A stretch of 64,000 nt of DNA from Paraspadella gotoi (Eukaryota; Animalia; Chaetognatha). The translations under genes and the position numbers were made by a program. The stretch covers positions 9,680,538-9,744,537 of the forward strand of contig CM119266.1 of assembly GCA_051294375.1 (NCBI GenBank). Reading direction: 5' to 3'. A model generated the notes under the pieces. It saw only the letters and a list, made by a program, of their open reading frames with translations, searched no databases and had not been told where the DNA came from. Numbering within the stretch: the stretch's first letter is position 1; each line of letters begins with the position of its first letter. This document shows positions 47,727 to 60,400 of the stretch, in pieces.

Positions 47727-48329
47727 TACGTCACAAAGAAGCTCACCCGAATCAATATCAAGCCTGAACCGGCTTCGCCGGTCATGGCTTGATAAAAAGG
47801 TCGGGGAATCTGTTTACTCGATAAGCGAACGTAAGATTGCAAAAGAGGAAGGAATTCAAACAAAAGGTTGTCATAGGAGACAAGACGCAAGACAGAAAAG
47901 CGTTAGCTAATTAAACGGAGACTAAATATTACATTTTAGGTAGGTCGAAATATTCCGGTCGAACATTTTTGAAAAAGGTAAGGATACCGGAGTTCATATG
48001 CCACAATTTTTCGTAAGTTGTTGTAAACGCTGTACCATCGTGTCTAGAAATTCGTCCGAGCGAAAGTCGAGCGATCCCGCGACATCTATTTTTCGTCAAT
48101 TTCGTCTTGGAGCGACGGACCAATCGTGGACATCGTCCCGGCGCCGCCAATGCGTCAGGATTCCTTCGAACGCCTCGTCTCTTCGGAATTAATTAAGAAT
48201 CTCAATTCTTCGTTCGCCGAGGAAAGGGTTGCCGATCGTAAACAGCGGGCCAAATCGTTCAATGCGCGAACTTTTCGAGGGAATCGGGGAAAGGGCGGAA
48301 GCGGGGGCAAAACCAAGGGTGTAAAATGA
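45460..48329 (+). CDS. Putative 4-exon orphan basic protein starting MGKLCSK (exons 45460-45581, 45657-45703, 47940-47977, 48048-48329)
   Basis: Hand-assembled GT-AG junctions with compatible phases (2,1,0) give one open frame; two introns are 70-75 bp like others here; no homolog recognised. Confidence 0.5.
45957..47152 (+). repeat. Direct repeat of about 190-225 bp (45957-46140 and 46927-47152) with GA microsatellite
   Basis: atccacgaaaatctcgga(tg/tt)taaatttgggattttgtattgagaaaa, aataaaagtttttagaa, aagctggacagc and ctgaactc are shared. Confidence 0.85.
47274..47566. repeat. Imperfect palindrome (foldback) of about 290 bp
   Basis: agatatagcttctcat pairs with atgagaagccatatct; tttgaatttcatcttca with tgaagtggaaattcaaa; tactgcaatatgtaaattagatta with taatctcatttgcatattgcagta. 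Confidence 0.85.
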
Positions 48330-48433
48330 GTCGAGATTTTGTTATTAAAATCTTATTAAATTTTTTTTAAAAAATAGAAAATTAATTTTTTAATTGAGAA
48401 AATTCCGTCACTTCGGATTTAAAACCCACAATC

Positions 48434-51400
48434 ATGTCGAATTCGTTGAACGCGACCTCCTCGCCGGCGCGCCCTGCGGCGCAACCTCACCGAGCGGTGG
48501 GCGAAGCTGAAACTGAAGAAAACGACGGCAACTTGCCTCGGGTGGAAATTGAGCCGGCGGCGCCCCAATCAATCGTGGCTATCTTGACGACCGGCTCGAT
48601 TGTTGGCGCCGGATTGTACGACGTCGAAACTGGCGTTTTGATGGGCGTGCCCGACCAAGGTTGGCTCAGTTGTAACGCCGATCCCATTGAACGCTAACTG
48701 ATAAAATCTAAATCCCGATTGCAGTCGATTTCGACGACTACCGCGTCTCTCGAAAAATAATTACGCAATTGTCGCCGACTCGCGTGGTCGTCATGCCAAC
48801 GGCGCCTCGAAAGTTTTTGACGATGCTCAAGGCCGCAGGCGTTGGGGTGCGGGAAGAAGGCGGGGAGGCCGAGGAGGAAGGTAGCTGGGTTACTAATTAC
48901 TTTATATGTACTATGTAGCTAACTTTAAAAAAAAAAAATTCGAGGGGCTACTTGCGAAATGTCCACGTTGTCGCTAAAAGAGTGGGATTTCAAGCTCTGC
49001 TTATCCAGGTTGCTGACACTACCCTTATTTAACCAAGACAGAGGAGATACGTCCAAAGGTATCGCTCGAGTAGTTTTAAAACATTTAAAACATTAAAACA
49101 CAAGGTCCCATTGGTCCATGTTCATTTCTCTCTTCATTTCTCGGAAATTGCAGAAGACCGCTTGATGCTGCTGGACGCCAAGCTTTCTCTGGACAACAAA
49201 CTGATGATCCGGTGCTTGGGCGCCGTGTTAGGTTTTCTGCTCAAACACCGCGTCGGGGGCGTGGTGCTTGACGCCGATGCCGGTGTCTTCGTCGCCGATC
49301 TGCGACTGCGTCGACTTGACGACGTTCTCCTGCTCGACCACAATACTCTCGACGCGCTGCGGGTCTTCAAACGTGTCGGGCATCCCGCGTCCTCGCTCAA
49401 ATCTGGAGTAGTGAAGGTTCAAAATAAATCTTTAGTTTAAGTTAGTAAATTTACAACGTAACATTACTTATAATTATAATATCATTTGGATTTGATCATA
49501 CGGCGGATCCGCAGACCAAAATTCTTTGTCGGGGTGTCTTTTGTTTACCTTTGAGAAACTTATCGCTCTTTTCCGACGCTCACCTATCATTAAAGTGGGA
49601 AAATGAAAACAAAAGAGTAATTTACCATGAGTATGACAGCAAAAGTAACATTAACATTAACATTAACAAGCTTTATTTTTTAATTAGAGTCTATGATACA
49701 ACTTTTATGCATTATACAATCAGGACTTTGAATGTCTCTTCACGCTGGCCAACACCTGCAAGAGCAAACCGGGTTCATCCTGCCTTCGATATTGGTTTCT
49801 TCAGGTCAATACTTTATTTTTCTAATCTTCAAATCAGCCCTGAGCCACACTTCCCCCCCACCCTCAACCTCCCCTCAGCCCTCCACCGATCCCGCCGTCA
49901 TTCGGCCTCGTCTCGACGCCGTCGCCTTTTTCCTCGCCTACTTCACTTCCGCCTGCGACGCGCGCGTCAAAGAACTCTCTCGTCTTTTGTCCCGCGTGGG
50001 ATTCGTGGCGCGCGTCTTCACCAAAATTGCCACGGCTCCGGCCACCCATCGCGATTTCCTCTTGCTTTCTCGCACGATCGTCGCCGCCAATCACGTGACG
50101 CGGTTGCTCGGCGACGCCTTGGAAGCCATTGTCGGCCGGTCTCGTCGGGGAAGCGACGTCGAAGCCGCGTCGGGATTGGCGCCGATCGTGGCGCGGCTCC
50201 GCGCGGCCAACTCTCCCAGCGTGATCCAGGTCGCCGAAGCGATGTTGAAGGCTCTCGATTTGGAAGCGATGGAAACTCAAAAGAAGATCTTAGTTCGAGA
50301 AGGTTGGTGGAGACTACAACTCGATTTTTCCCATTTTCGCTCTACCGGTTTCTCTGTTTTTCCTTATTCGTCCTGTGTTTTTCTTTGAAGTCCCATGTTT
50401 TACTTTTTTCTATTTTTTTTCCTTTTGAATTTTTACCGGGTGTAATTACATTGTTAACTTTAATTTTGCCTCTTTTTAATATTTTTTTATTTTGTTTGTA
50501 AATAATTTTTATCGATGATTAATCAAAAAATATATAAAAAAATATTAGTCAACTGTTTTGTCCTAACCCCGAAAGGCGTGGAGCCGTCGTTGGACCGGCG
50601 CAAGCGGGATTTGACCCGTTGGCCGGAGTACCTTAGCATTCAAGCGAAGCGACAAATGGATCAGTTGCCCGGGTTCGTCTCCTCCTGCACCCTGGTTTAT
50701 CTCAACCAGATCGGGTTCTTGGTTCAAATTCCGATGGACGATTCGTCGGGAAAGGAGACGAGACTGAAGGCCGCCGGAGCAGAGATCGTTTTCAGGTTTT
50801 TTTGTGGGGAGAGAATAAACTTTTTGGGATAGAGATCGAGAGAAAAGGCTGCGATCTTTCTTTTTATGCCTGGGGTTAAATTTGGTAGGTTTTTATTCAG
50901 GTTTTCATTAGCTACAAAATTTTTTGCAATGAAATATAATGAGCAGTTATGAGCTGTAGTTTTTTGAATGCTAGAATAGTTGAATTTGTTTATTTTTTGT
51001 TAAAAGATTACTGGATTTTAATGAAATTGGTACAACCAATATAAAAATTATCCATTCATTTAATAAATAAGCTATCTTGCCCCTGACTTTGGACAGGCTT
51101 TGGTGGTTTAAGGCCTCCATCACTCTTACAAGATAATGACATACCAGGTCCCTGTCGAAGTTACCAATAAGTGATTGTTTTCTCGCTTTTTCCCCGGTTC
51201 TTTTATTTCCCTCAGTCACGACGACATGACTTATTTAAAAACTCCACTGACCTCCCACATCGACAAAGAGTACGACGACCTCTTGGAAACGATCGCGTCT
51301 ATGGAGCGCGAGATCCTTCGGCGCCTTCAACGCCTCGTCGTCGCCGAAGCAGGCCCCGTCTCCAGGCTCGTCGACGCCGTCGCGGAGGTCGACGCCCTTC

Positions 51401-52651
51401 TCGCCTTGGCCAACTTCGCTCACCGATGCAATCTCAACAAACCGGAAATCGTGGAACCTTTTAGGTTTGGTGTGATGTTTTGTTGATTGGTGTATTTACT
51501 TTTTAACTTAAAACTTAAACCGAAACAGCGACGACTCCCACTCGATTGTCATGCAAGACTCCCGACACATCCTTCAAGAAGCTTTCGTGGAAGAGACCTA
51601 CATCGCCAACGATTTCTTCAGCGGAGGAGATGCAAACAAGATCAAGATTCTTACCGGACCCAACGCCTCGGGAAAGAGCGTGTATTTGTGTCAAGTACGA
51701 TCAATTTATCTTATCAAATGCGGGCTTTATAGGATGCGTGATTATTTAAACAGCCAGTCATATCCATGATCCTCATGACTGGTTGATTTACTGACATAAT
51801 CGTACTTTTAGGTAGCATTGGTGGTCTACTTGGCACAAGTTGGTTCGTTCGTGCCCGCAACGCGTGCGCGACTTTCGATCGTCGATCGTATTTTCACTCG
51901 AATTAATTCGGAAGAGAGCGTCAGCGCCTGCACGTCCTCGTGGGGCTGCGATCTGGGACAAGTCGCCGAAATGATCAACGTAAGCAACGAAATGCAGTCT
52001 CTGCTCTTTATTTGATGACAACCTTCAGTTATTTCCAAACTCTAGGAAGCCACGCCCACTTCCCTCGTCCTCCTCGACGAGTTTGGCAAAGGCACCGACG
52101 CAGTCAGCGGATCTTCCCTCCTCGCCGCGGTCGTCAACCGATGGAGTCGCCGCGACAACGGCGCTTCTCCCCACATTATCGTCGCCACTCATTTTCACGA
52201 GTTGACGCGCCTCACGGAAGACGGGACGGTCGGACTCTACCTCGCCAACGTGGAACGAATCACGTTTTTGACGATGAGTTTCGTCAGCGAGGATTCCGGG
52301 CATGAAGACTCCGCCGCGGCGCCTCCCGCGGCCGTGGACGCTCCGACGAAACCGGGCACCCGCCTGACCTTTCTCTACCGCGTCGTCGAAGGTTGTCATC
52401 GATTCTCCCACGCACTGCAGATCGCCGAGTCGATTCCGCTCGGGGACGCTATCATCGCGCGAGCGAGGGAGGCTCTGACGGCGATAACAGACCCTGACGG
52501 AGGAGAAGATTTCCTGCCTTTGGAGAGCGAATCGGAGAAGAAGAAGAGGATGAAGGATCAGAGAATCTTAGAAGAAATCGCAAACAGGGTCATCGACGAG
52601 AAGGCGGTGGAAGATTTGAGGAAAATAGTGGCAGAGCTGGACAAATTGTGA
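48434..52651 (+). CDS. MSH5: Meiotic MutS homolog 5, multi-exon
   Basis: TLDALRVF...HPAS; LRYWFLQPS...RLDAVAFF; IKILTGPNASGKSVYLCQVAL; GSFVPA; DRIFTRINSEESVS; SLVLLDEFGKGT (MSH5-type); ATHFHEL; FLYRV.EG. Confidence 0.92.
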
Positions 52652-52741
52652 ATTGCTACAGTGTCTACTGTCTACGTTTCGTTATATTTATTCTTTGCCT
52701 GTTTATTTATGTATTTTTGTTGGTTGTCATTTAAAACTACA

Positions 52742-54373
52742 TTAAATTATCAAACACAATTTTGACTGTTGCGTCCCGTTCTTCTCTTCCGTCTTTCCGG
52801 GTTTATTATCTTTCTCTTTTCCGTTCGTCGTTTTGTTCCTGCGCTCTCCGTTTAGAGGCGCCTTCCCCTTCGCCTTCTCCACGACTCGACCGTAGATCTC
52901 CGCGTCGACGAGCTCCTCGAGTTGGGCGACGACGTCCGAAACTTGCGCCAGTTCCTCTTCGGCGCGAGCGGCTCGAATCTCGCGCGCCGTCACCTCCTTG
53001 TCCAGTTGGGTCACGCGTCGGATCAGAGTTTCTACTCGACGATCGTCCTGAGATTGGAGAAGGGTGGCGGGGAAGTCAAGGGGGGGTGGACCTCGGATTA
53101 ACTTAAAAATAAAGACTTTAAACGAATTGGTTTAAATGTTCAACTGTTACAATTTAATCGTTCTCGTGCCTTGGCCTTGACGTCGGCCGCGAGGGTGACT
53201 TGATTTCTCAACGCGTCTTCCACAGTTTTGCTCTCCTGAAACTTTCGCAGCAAAAAAGCCGTCTCCAGCTCTTGGTATGCGGCGGCGCTTGATCCTTCTT
53301 CACCCGATTTCAATCGAAGGTTTTCTCCGAGAGCCAACTCTAATTTACTCTCACACAACTCGCCGTCGGACGCTCTCGCCCGTGACGCCGTCAAGTCGGC
53401 CGACCTTGCCTGCCCGAAGTCGAAAAAGTGGATTCAAATCAGATCAAATCCGCACACTGAAGGATATAACATTTTTAACCTTTTCAATTACATTATTAAA
53501 CTAGTTGAGGAAAATATATTAATAAAAAAAAACATCATAATAATGACAACTTATTTCCGACCTCTTTTAAATAACCTTTATTTTTCCTTCCGCCTCCTTT
53601 AACTTTTCCTCGAGCAGCAGCAACTCTTTTCTCTGCGTCGCGTTTTTCTCTATCAACGTCTGAAAAGCCCGATGATTGTCCGCTCTCGAAATTGGTCCCG
53701 CTTTTGTTTCTTCCAGCAAATGTTCATTTTCGGCAAATGGGTTTGTCCCCGTTTCGTCCGCTGTCTCTGTAAAAGTTGGAGCTTCCGTCGAAGGATCGCT
53801 CTCGGAAAACTTTTCTCCGTCTGTCACAGACTTCTGCGCAGTTATTAAACCGTTATTTTCTTTGTTGTTGTTGTTGTTTTCGTCCTTTTTTGACGCATAC
53901 ATGATTTTCGAGTTTTCCTCCACGATTTGGGGTTTTTTGTCTTCGTTCTCGATTTCGCGGGCGTCATCTTTTGATAACGGCGTCTCGCGATTCGTGGGAT
54001 CTATAATTTCGACCGAATCAGTTCCTGGATCGGCGACGGTGCGAGGCGCGTCATCTATGAGTCCACCGTCTATGAGTCCATCGTCGCCGTCGCCGACGGC
54101 GTCGGCGACTTTCCCGTCGATTTGGAGCTCACCGTTCACTTCGTCATCTTCGCCCTCATCCAATTCCAAATTAGGGTCGTCATTGGCTTCGGCCTTTCCT
54201 TGTCCTTTTTCCTCGCTTGGGCCTTTTTCAACTTCGTCGTCGCTCTCGCCTTTGCTCCCACTTTCTATCCGCTCCGTTTTCGTCCCGACTATTTTCGAGT
54301 CACCCGGAGTCGCCGCGCCTGTGGGCGTCGCCGAGGGAGGAGACTTAATTTCGACCGGCTCGTCTTTGGACAT
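52742..54373 (-). CDS. Uncharacterised acidic/disordered + coiled-coil protein ending in CaaX (CLII), 3 exons (54373-53576, 53409-~53170, ~53049-52742)
   Basis: 268-aa ORF spliced (aag|gt, cag|) to heptad-rich exons; last exon ends KLCLII*; exon 2 donor is ambiguous (possibly GC). Confidence 0.68.
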
Positions 54374-57300
54374 TTCAAAGGAATGAGCTTTTTTTAAATT
54401 CTTTCAAAACATTTAATGACTTTCAGAAAGTGAAAAAAAAAGACTTTTTTTGTTGTAGCTAAAAGTCGCCTAGCAACCTCGGAATGAGATAAGGCGAGCG
54501 AAAATAAAAGAGGTCAATACACTTTTTTTGATATCTAAAACTTATCGATATTAAGAGATGTGACCAGAATAATTTCGATAAAATTTAAGTTCTTTTAATT
54601 TAATAATTAAATGTCCATAATATTTCTTTTGCTTTTTGAAAAAAAACTATTTGAACATTTTTCTAACGGCTAGCGTAGGTTCACAGTGAAGGATCACAAC
54701 ACCCAAGAGCTAATTAAATTCGTTCTGCTTAAGTTTTTAACTTTTAGGTAATCAGATAAATTTTACGATAATTACGTCTTTAAGTTTAAGTGATTTAAAT
54801 ATTTGTCGTAGCTTTTGCCGAGGGCCATCGTCTCCCCCACGGGTGACATCGTTATCGTTATGATTAGTGTAATTGTTCGAAATATCATTGCGTTAACTGT
54901 CATAAGGATTAAATTTCAAAATCAGAATGCTCCAAGTGCGCTTTATAAAGAACTATGAAGTTGAAAGCGAAGATTTTAGTTTTAGATCTTGAGGGCTGCT
55001 GATGAAGTAGGGTTTTTACTGTCCAGCTTTATAATTATCATATTATTATGCAAGTCTCAATTTCTGCTATTAAAAAGTATTTTATTCTATTTGAGCCGAT
55101 ACTTTAAACTTTAATTTCAAATGACATTTTTTGGATGTCACAAGCTTAGAACGGCTAAAAAATCGACGTGTTTTTTTCGCTAAACAATTACTAGAAATTC
55201 CTTTGAATTTTTTACACGATTACTACATCAAGGAAGATGGTCCGGACTTCAATATGTCACATTTATAATTTCGAACCGCACGTATATTCGTCACCGACAG
55301 TAGCCTCCTAATTTCTATTCAAAGAGGCGAATTGAAAAATTTAATAGGAAAAACTGGAATTAAAATCTCTCCCGGTTGTAAAATTGTAGAAAAGCTGTTC
55401 GCCAAGTTTTCCCTAGGCCGCATTCCACTTTCCAAAAGCCAGCGCTGCGGTTATTCGGTGCGTCTCTTCACCATCGTCGCCTCGCCTCTATCTCTCTCTC
55501 TCTCTTTCAAAAACTTGATATTTCAACTTTTTCCCAAAACTCGCCTTTCTTCTCCGCAATTTCGATCAAACTTACTTTTCGATTCTTCCTTTCATCGAGA
55601 CTCACCGAAAGAATCTCGCCGGACGTCTTTACTCTCTATCTCTCTCTCGCTCGCGCTCTCGGATTTTTTATCTCCTCGTCAACAGAACTGATTTAATCTT
55701 TCCCGGAAGTTTCTTTTCTTTTTTTAATTCGACAAAGAAGCGACGGATAAGGTTACGCCAATCAAAGCTGCGAGAGAAGGCTAATTGTGAGTAGAAACTT
55801 ACATGTCCACCGGAAATTGCCCATTTAGCGTTGGCCAAGTCTTCCTATCTATTCTAATTAAAAAGTTCGTTTTTGAAACTGTTTCAAGTAATTTAGTTTG
55901 ACCTTTAAGGGCAAGACAGATAAGAGATCGAAATAAATATCAATCAAAATTATTTTGATTTCAATGTTCATAATCTGTATTAACGCTTAACGAAAATGGT
56001 CAAAATCAGGCACTCAAATTGAAGACTTGCCATGCTATTTTTATTACGTGAGGGCTAGCAAAAAGTCTTATTTATTAATATAGAAATATTTTAAGAAAGT
56101 ACTTGTACGAATCAATAAATGTTATTTCTTTACGATTAATATTAAATCTTATTTATGCCTCGGTCGGCATCATGCACTACCTGTCATGACATGACCGATT
56201 TTCACTATTTACTTATGACGCAGTGAACTACGCATTAATTACTAGACGACTACGTTCCAGGCGATGGTAATAATTAAAAATTATGTCAGGTTGCCGAAAA
56301 AAAATTTAAATATTATATTTAAATATAAAAATTTAAAAATTTATAGCATTTGAAATTCGTGCGGAAGAAAATTATTTTTGTTCCAATCGCTTGTAAGATG
56401 TAACCAATGGTTTCATGTATTATATGCAGGAGTTATGTCACGAGTATAGTGTTTATTTTTTACATTGACCTGAACGCCACAATTTGACAGATATTTTAAT
56501 CGCTTTTAGAAGTTGCTCGGGGTTGAATAGAAAGTCCCTCAGTATCCAAGGTCATATACGATGCAGAACCTACTTGTCGCTGTAGGCTTTAGCAGAAAGA
56601 CGAGTTTCGACTTGCGAAAACTCTAAAATTCCTCGTCACGTTTATCGCCAAGGCCTAATTCCCCCCCCTCTCAAAATCGGCTCTTCCTTCACCCCCCCCC
56701 CTCGAAAGAAAGGGGTTGGTCTCGATCCCCCGAAAACCCGTTCCGCTCGCGATCGCCGATCCCGAAATATCGACAAAAACTCGTTCTTCCCGATCGGTTT
56801 CGTCCTCTGCCAAGAAGTTTTTCAATTCGAGTCAGATTTCTCATTTTCTGGCCTCCCCCTTTCCCCCCCCCGGTCTTTGGCAACGATAATAAAACCCACC
56901 CCTCGTTTTTGAAAAAAATGTTTCGCCTTACCCGTCATCTGCGGCTTAGTAGTTGTTGTTGTACTTGATAATGCGGGAAAGAACTAAAAATGGGAAAAAT
57001 CCTGGCAGAATTAAACGTTGAACAGGAATGACGACCTCGTCGTGTGTGTGTGTGTTTCTCTCCGGGAAAATGTCGCGGGAGAATTAAGGGGGAAAAAAAG
57101 GAGGAAAAAATGAGAGAAAAACCCGCCTCGGCAAGTTTAACTCGTGTGGTTTTACTGATTCTGCGCAGTTTGATAGATGGAAGTATGCAACATCGTTGTT
57201 TGGTGTGTATGCATCATCTTGTTTTCCAAATCTAATTCTTTACAAATTCCGTATAAAGCAAACCTTTGTTTTGAGGCTTTGAGGTTTAAATTAAGACATT

Positions 57301-57483
57301 TTTTCCATAATTCTTAAAAACGTTTAAGAAGAAAATTAAAAGTATTAAAAAGTTAAAATGGAAGTCTGAACAAAGAAGCTGAACCGATAACCATCCACCC
57401 ACTGTGCTATATTTGCCTACGTCATGTTCACCAGCCGACATTGATCAATCATTTAAACTCATTTCCAACAGCAGGCGTCCAAG

Positions 57484-60400
57484 ATGGAGGACGACGAAGA
57501 AGCGAGGGACCTGTTGATCCAAGAAGACCTCCTCCCCGAGGACGTGGGTCACATCATCACGATCGATGACGTGAAGGAGCTTGAAGAGGTTCTGGAGGAA
57601 GGTGAGTGGAAACTGGCCATTGACCCTCCTTTTTTTCCATTTATTTCTACTTTAAAAGATTGTAAAAATAAACCTTGGTGCAGCACAAAATACTCAAGAC
57701 AAAGTAGCAGGCCAGAACGACTCGCTACTACGCCAGAGTTTCGAGATATTGATTTGCATATCGGACTTGTTTATTTCGTTTAAGTTTATTTATAGTTAAA
57801 ATTAAGTACGATTACAAATTGGTAATATTAATTAACCCCTACTATTTTAGTAAAAAAAATTTACTGCTAATGTCTTATGAATTTTTAATTTTTTTGTTGA
57901 TAATTCACTTTGTCGGTCCGTCGGTCCGTCTCCCAATCTTGTCGGTAAGTCACATAAATCATGTCCGAACATCGAATGATGATGAATAATGCCAAAAAAT
58001 TGATGTCCGTCCACCCGTCCCCCCTTAGCTTTGAACGCCAATTACTCTTGATTGTAAGGGGCAATTGACTTGAAATTTTATATGTGGGTAGGAGAGTGTG
58101 TGATTGAGCAGGAAATCAAGTTTTGATGGAATCGTCCGAGTGAAAATGAGTTAAAATAGAAAAAAACAAAAAAATATATTTCTCTATTTGATTATGTTTT
58201 TTTTCTTCTTTTTATATTTAATGTAAAGTCGAGATTGCTGTTTTGTGATTGAGAGGCGAGACAAAGTGGAAAACGATTTGGACACGAAAAAAAATTAATT
58301 AATTAATTATTTAATTTAAAAATTAATTAATTATCTGATCAGCGGCTTACCGCTAATGATCGTTGGCAGATCTGGCATTGTTTGTTCAAACTTGTTATCA
58401 ACTGTTGCAATGTGGATTTATATTCAGTATTATATAATACCGTGTATATATAATATATATACACGGTTAAAACATAAAAGTGTTATTTTAAAAGTCAAGG
58501 GTAAAAAGTCAATAAAAACATAGCGCGCTATTAAAATATAAAATTGATGAAGAATAATAATCCCATCTCCGTAAATTTGTGGAGGGTAAAATTTAGAAGC
58601 TTTTGAAAGCTCTTTTGAATTTACTGTATGGAATTGTTGTTTTTTTACTATTTTCATTATTATGATAAAATAGAAACTGATATGATTGAAATGGGCAAAA
58701 AATTACATATCCTTACCTGATAATGCATTTCTTCTTTAATTTTTTATTTCCATCCCATTTCTCAAATGAAAGACTCGGATTCCGAAGAAAGATGGATCGT
58801 ATTTGAATCCGATGATCAACACGGATGGAATGTCACTCATGTCGAAATTACTCCATCAAAGTCTCGAGATGTTTCGAGAGCATCGCTGGATGTCAATGAC
58901 AATGTCAAGATTGACCCGCCAAGCATGGATTCTGTATTTGAAGGAACTGATGATTCAAAATACCCACCTGAGCCTGCAACTGAGCCAATTCGTTCTGCCC
59001 CTATTATTTCCCCATACGATGATTCTCCTATTAAAGCAGAAGTAGTAAAACCAGTCAGCGCGGAGCCTCCATTTGGGATTGACGACACCCCTGAAAATCC
59101 CAAAAATGTTTCAATCAAACCAGACATGGAAAAACCAGGAGTAGAAATATCAACCCCTGATCCTACAGATTCGAATGAAAAACCAGTTTTAAACATATCA
59201 TTTCCCGCCTCACCATCTCCCAATGATTCTTTGATTGATCCAGATACTGAAAAACCTACTGACAAAACTTCTAAACATCCAGGTTCCATTGAACCAGATG
59301 AGCCATCTGGTGTATCCTTACCATCAGATATTGACATTCCAGGTAGTAATGTCCCAGAAAAACCTGATGTTGAGAAGCCAGGGGTAGACATACCAGTAAA
59401 ACCTCTGGAAGATTCAACAGTTTCTCTCAAACCAGATGGAAAGGAACCAGAAAAAACTAAAGATGAACCAACCATTGTTACTATCAAGCCAGATGACAAG
59501 GAACCAGAAAAATCTACAGATGACCCAACCATTGTTTCTATCAAACCAGATGACAAGGAACAGAAAAAACAAAAGATGATCAAACTATTGTTACTATCAA
59601 ACCAGATGACAAGGAACCAGAAAAAACTAAAGATGATCCAACCATTGTTTCTATCAAACCAGATGTCAAGGAACCAGAAAAAACTAAAGATGATCCAACC
59701 ATTGTATCTATCAAACCAGATGTCAAGGAACCAGAAAAATTAAAGATGATCCAACCATTGTTTCTATCAAACCAGATGACAAGACCAGAAAAAACTAAAG
59801 ATGATCAAACTATTGTTACTATCAAACCAGATGACAAGGAACCAGAAAAAACTAAAGATGATCCAATCATTGTTTCTATCAAACCAGATGACAAGGAACC
59901 AGAAAAAACTAAAGATGATCCAACCATTGTTTCTATCAAACCAGATGTCAAGGAACCAGAAAAAATTAAAGATGATCCAACCATTGTATCTATCAAACCA
60001 GATGTCAAGGAACCAGAAAAAATTAAAGATGATCCAACCATTGTATCTATCAAAACCAGATTTCAAGGAACCAGAAAAAATTTAAAGATGATCCACCATT
60101 TGTATCTATCAAACCAGATGTCAAGGAACCAGAAAAATTTAAAGATAATCCAACCATTGTATCTATCAAACCAGATGTCAAGGAACCAGAAAAAATTAAA
60201 GAGGATCCAATCATTGTTTCTTTCAAACCAGATGTCAAGGAACCAGAAAAACCTAAAGATGATCTAACCATTATTTCTATCAAATCAGATGACAAGGAAC
60301 CGGAAAAAAAGAAAGATGATCAAACCATTGCTTCTATCAAACCAGAAGTTAAAGAACCAGAAAAAACTAAAGATGATCCAATCTTTGTTTCTATCAAACC

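Larger units (their letters stand above)
45781..47798 (-). mobile_element. Non-autonomous Helentron-associated (DINE-1/HINE-like) element, about 2 kb
   Basis: End hairpin tatcaagcc-tga-accggcttcgccggt-cat-ggcttgata (47756-47794); adjacent (GAC)n microsatellite 47697-47725; inverted sub-terminal copy atcaagccatga at 45795-45806; A/T runs at both flanks. Confidence 0.68.

Noticed and set aside
2755-48433. Recurring aaccg/aacgg words in spacers as a cis-element; search for an SL RNA, tRNA or rRNA gene
   Set aside because: The words are too short and inconsistently placed to support without statistics; no SL RNA (donor + Sm site + stems), tRNA or rRNA was recognisable.
49551-50501. 316-aa + strand ORF overlapping MSH5
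   Set aside because: Alternative-frame read through intron and exon; the MSH5 frame carries the conserved motifs.
53676-54386. 236-aa Ser-rich + strand ORF
   Set aside because: Antisense mirror of the acidic minus-strand exon.
57830-58070. (GTCC)-type microsatellite patches suggesting a second DINE-like element
   Set aside because: No convincing terminal hairpin or sub-terminal repeat pair could be read.
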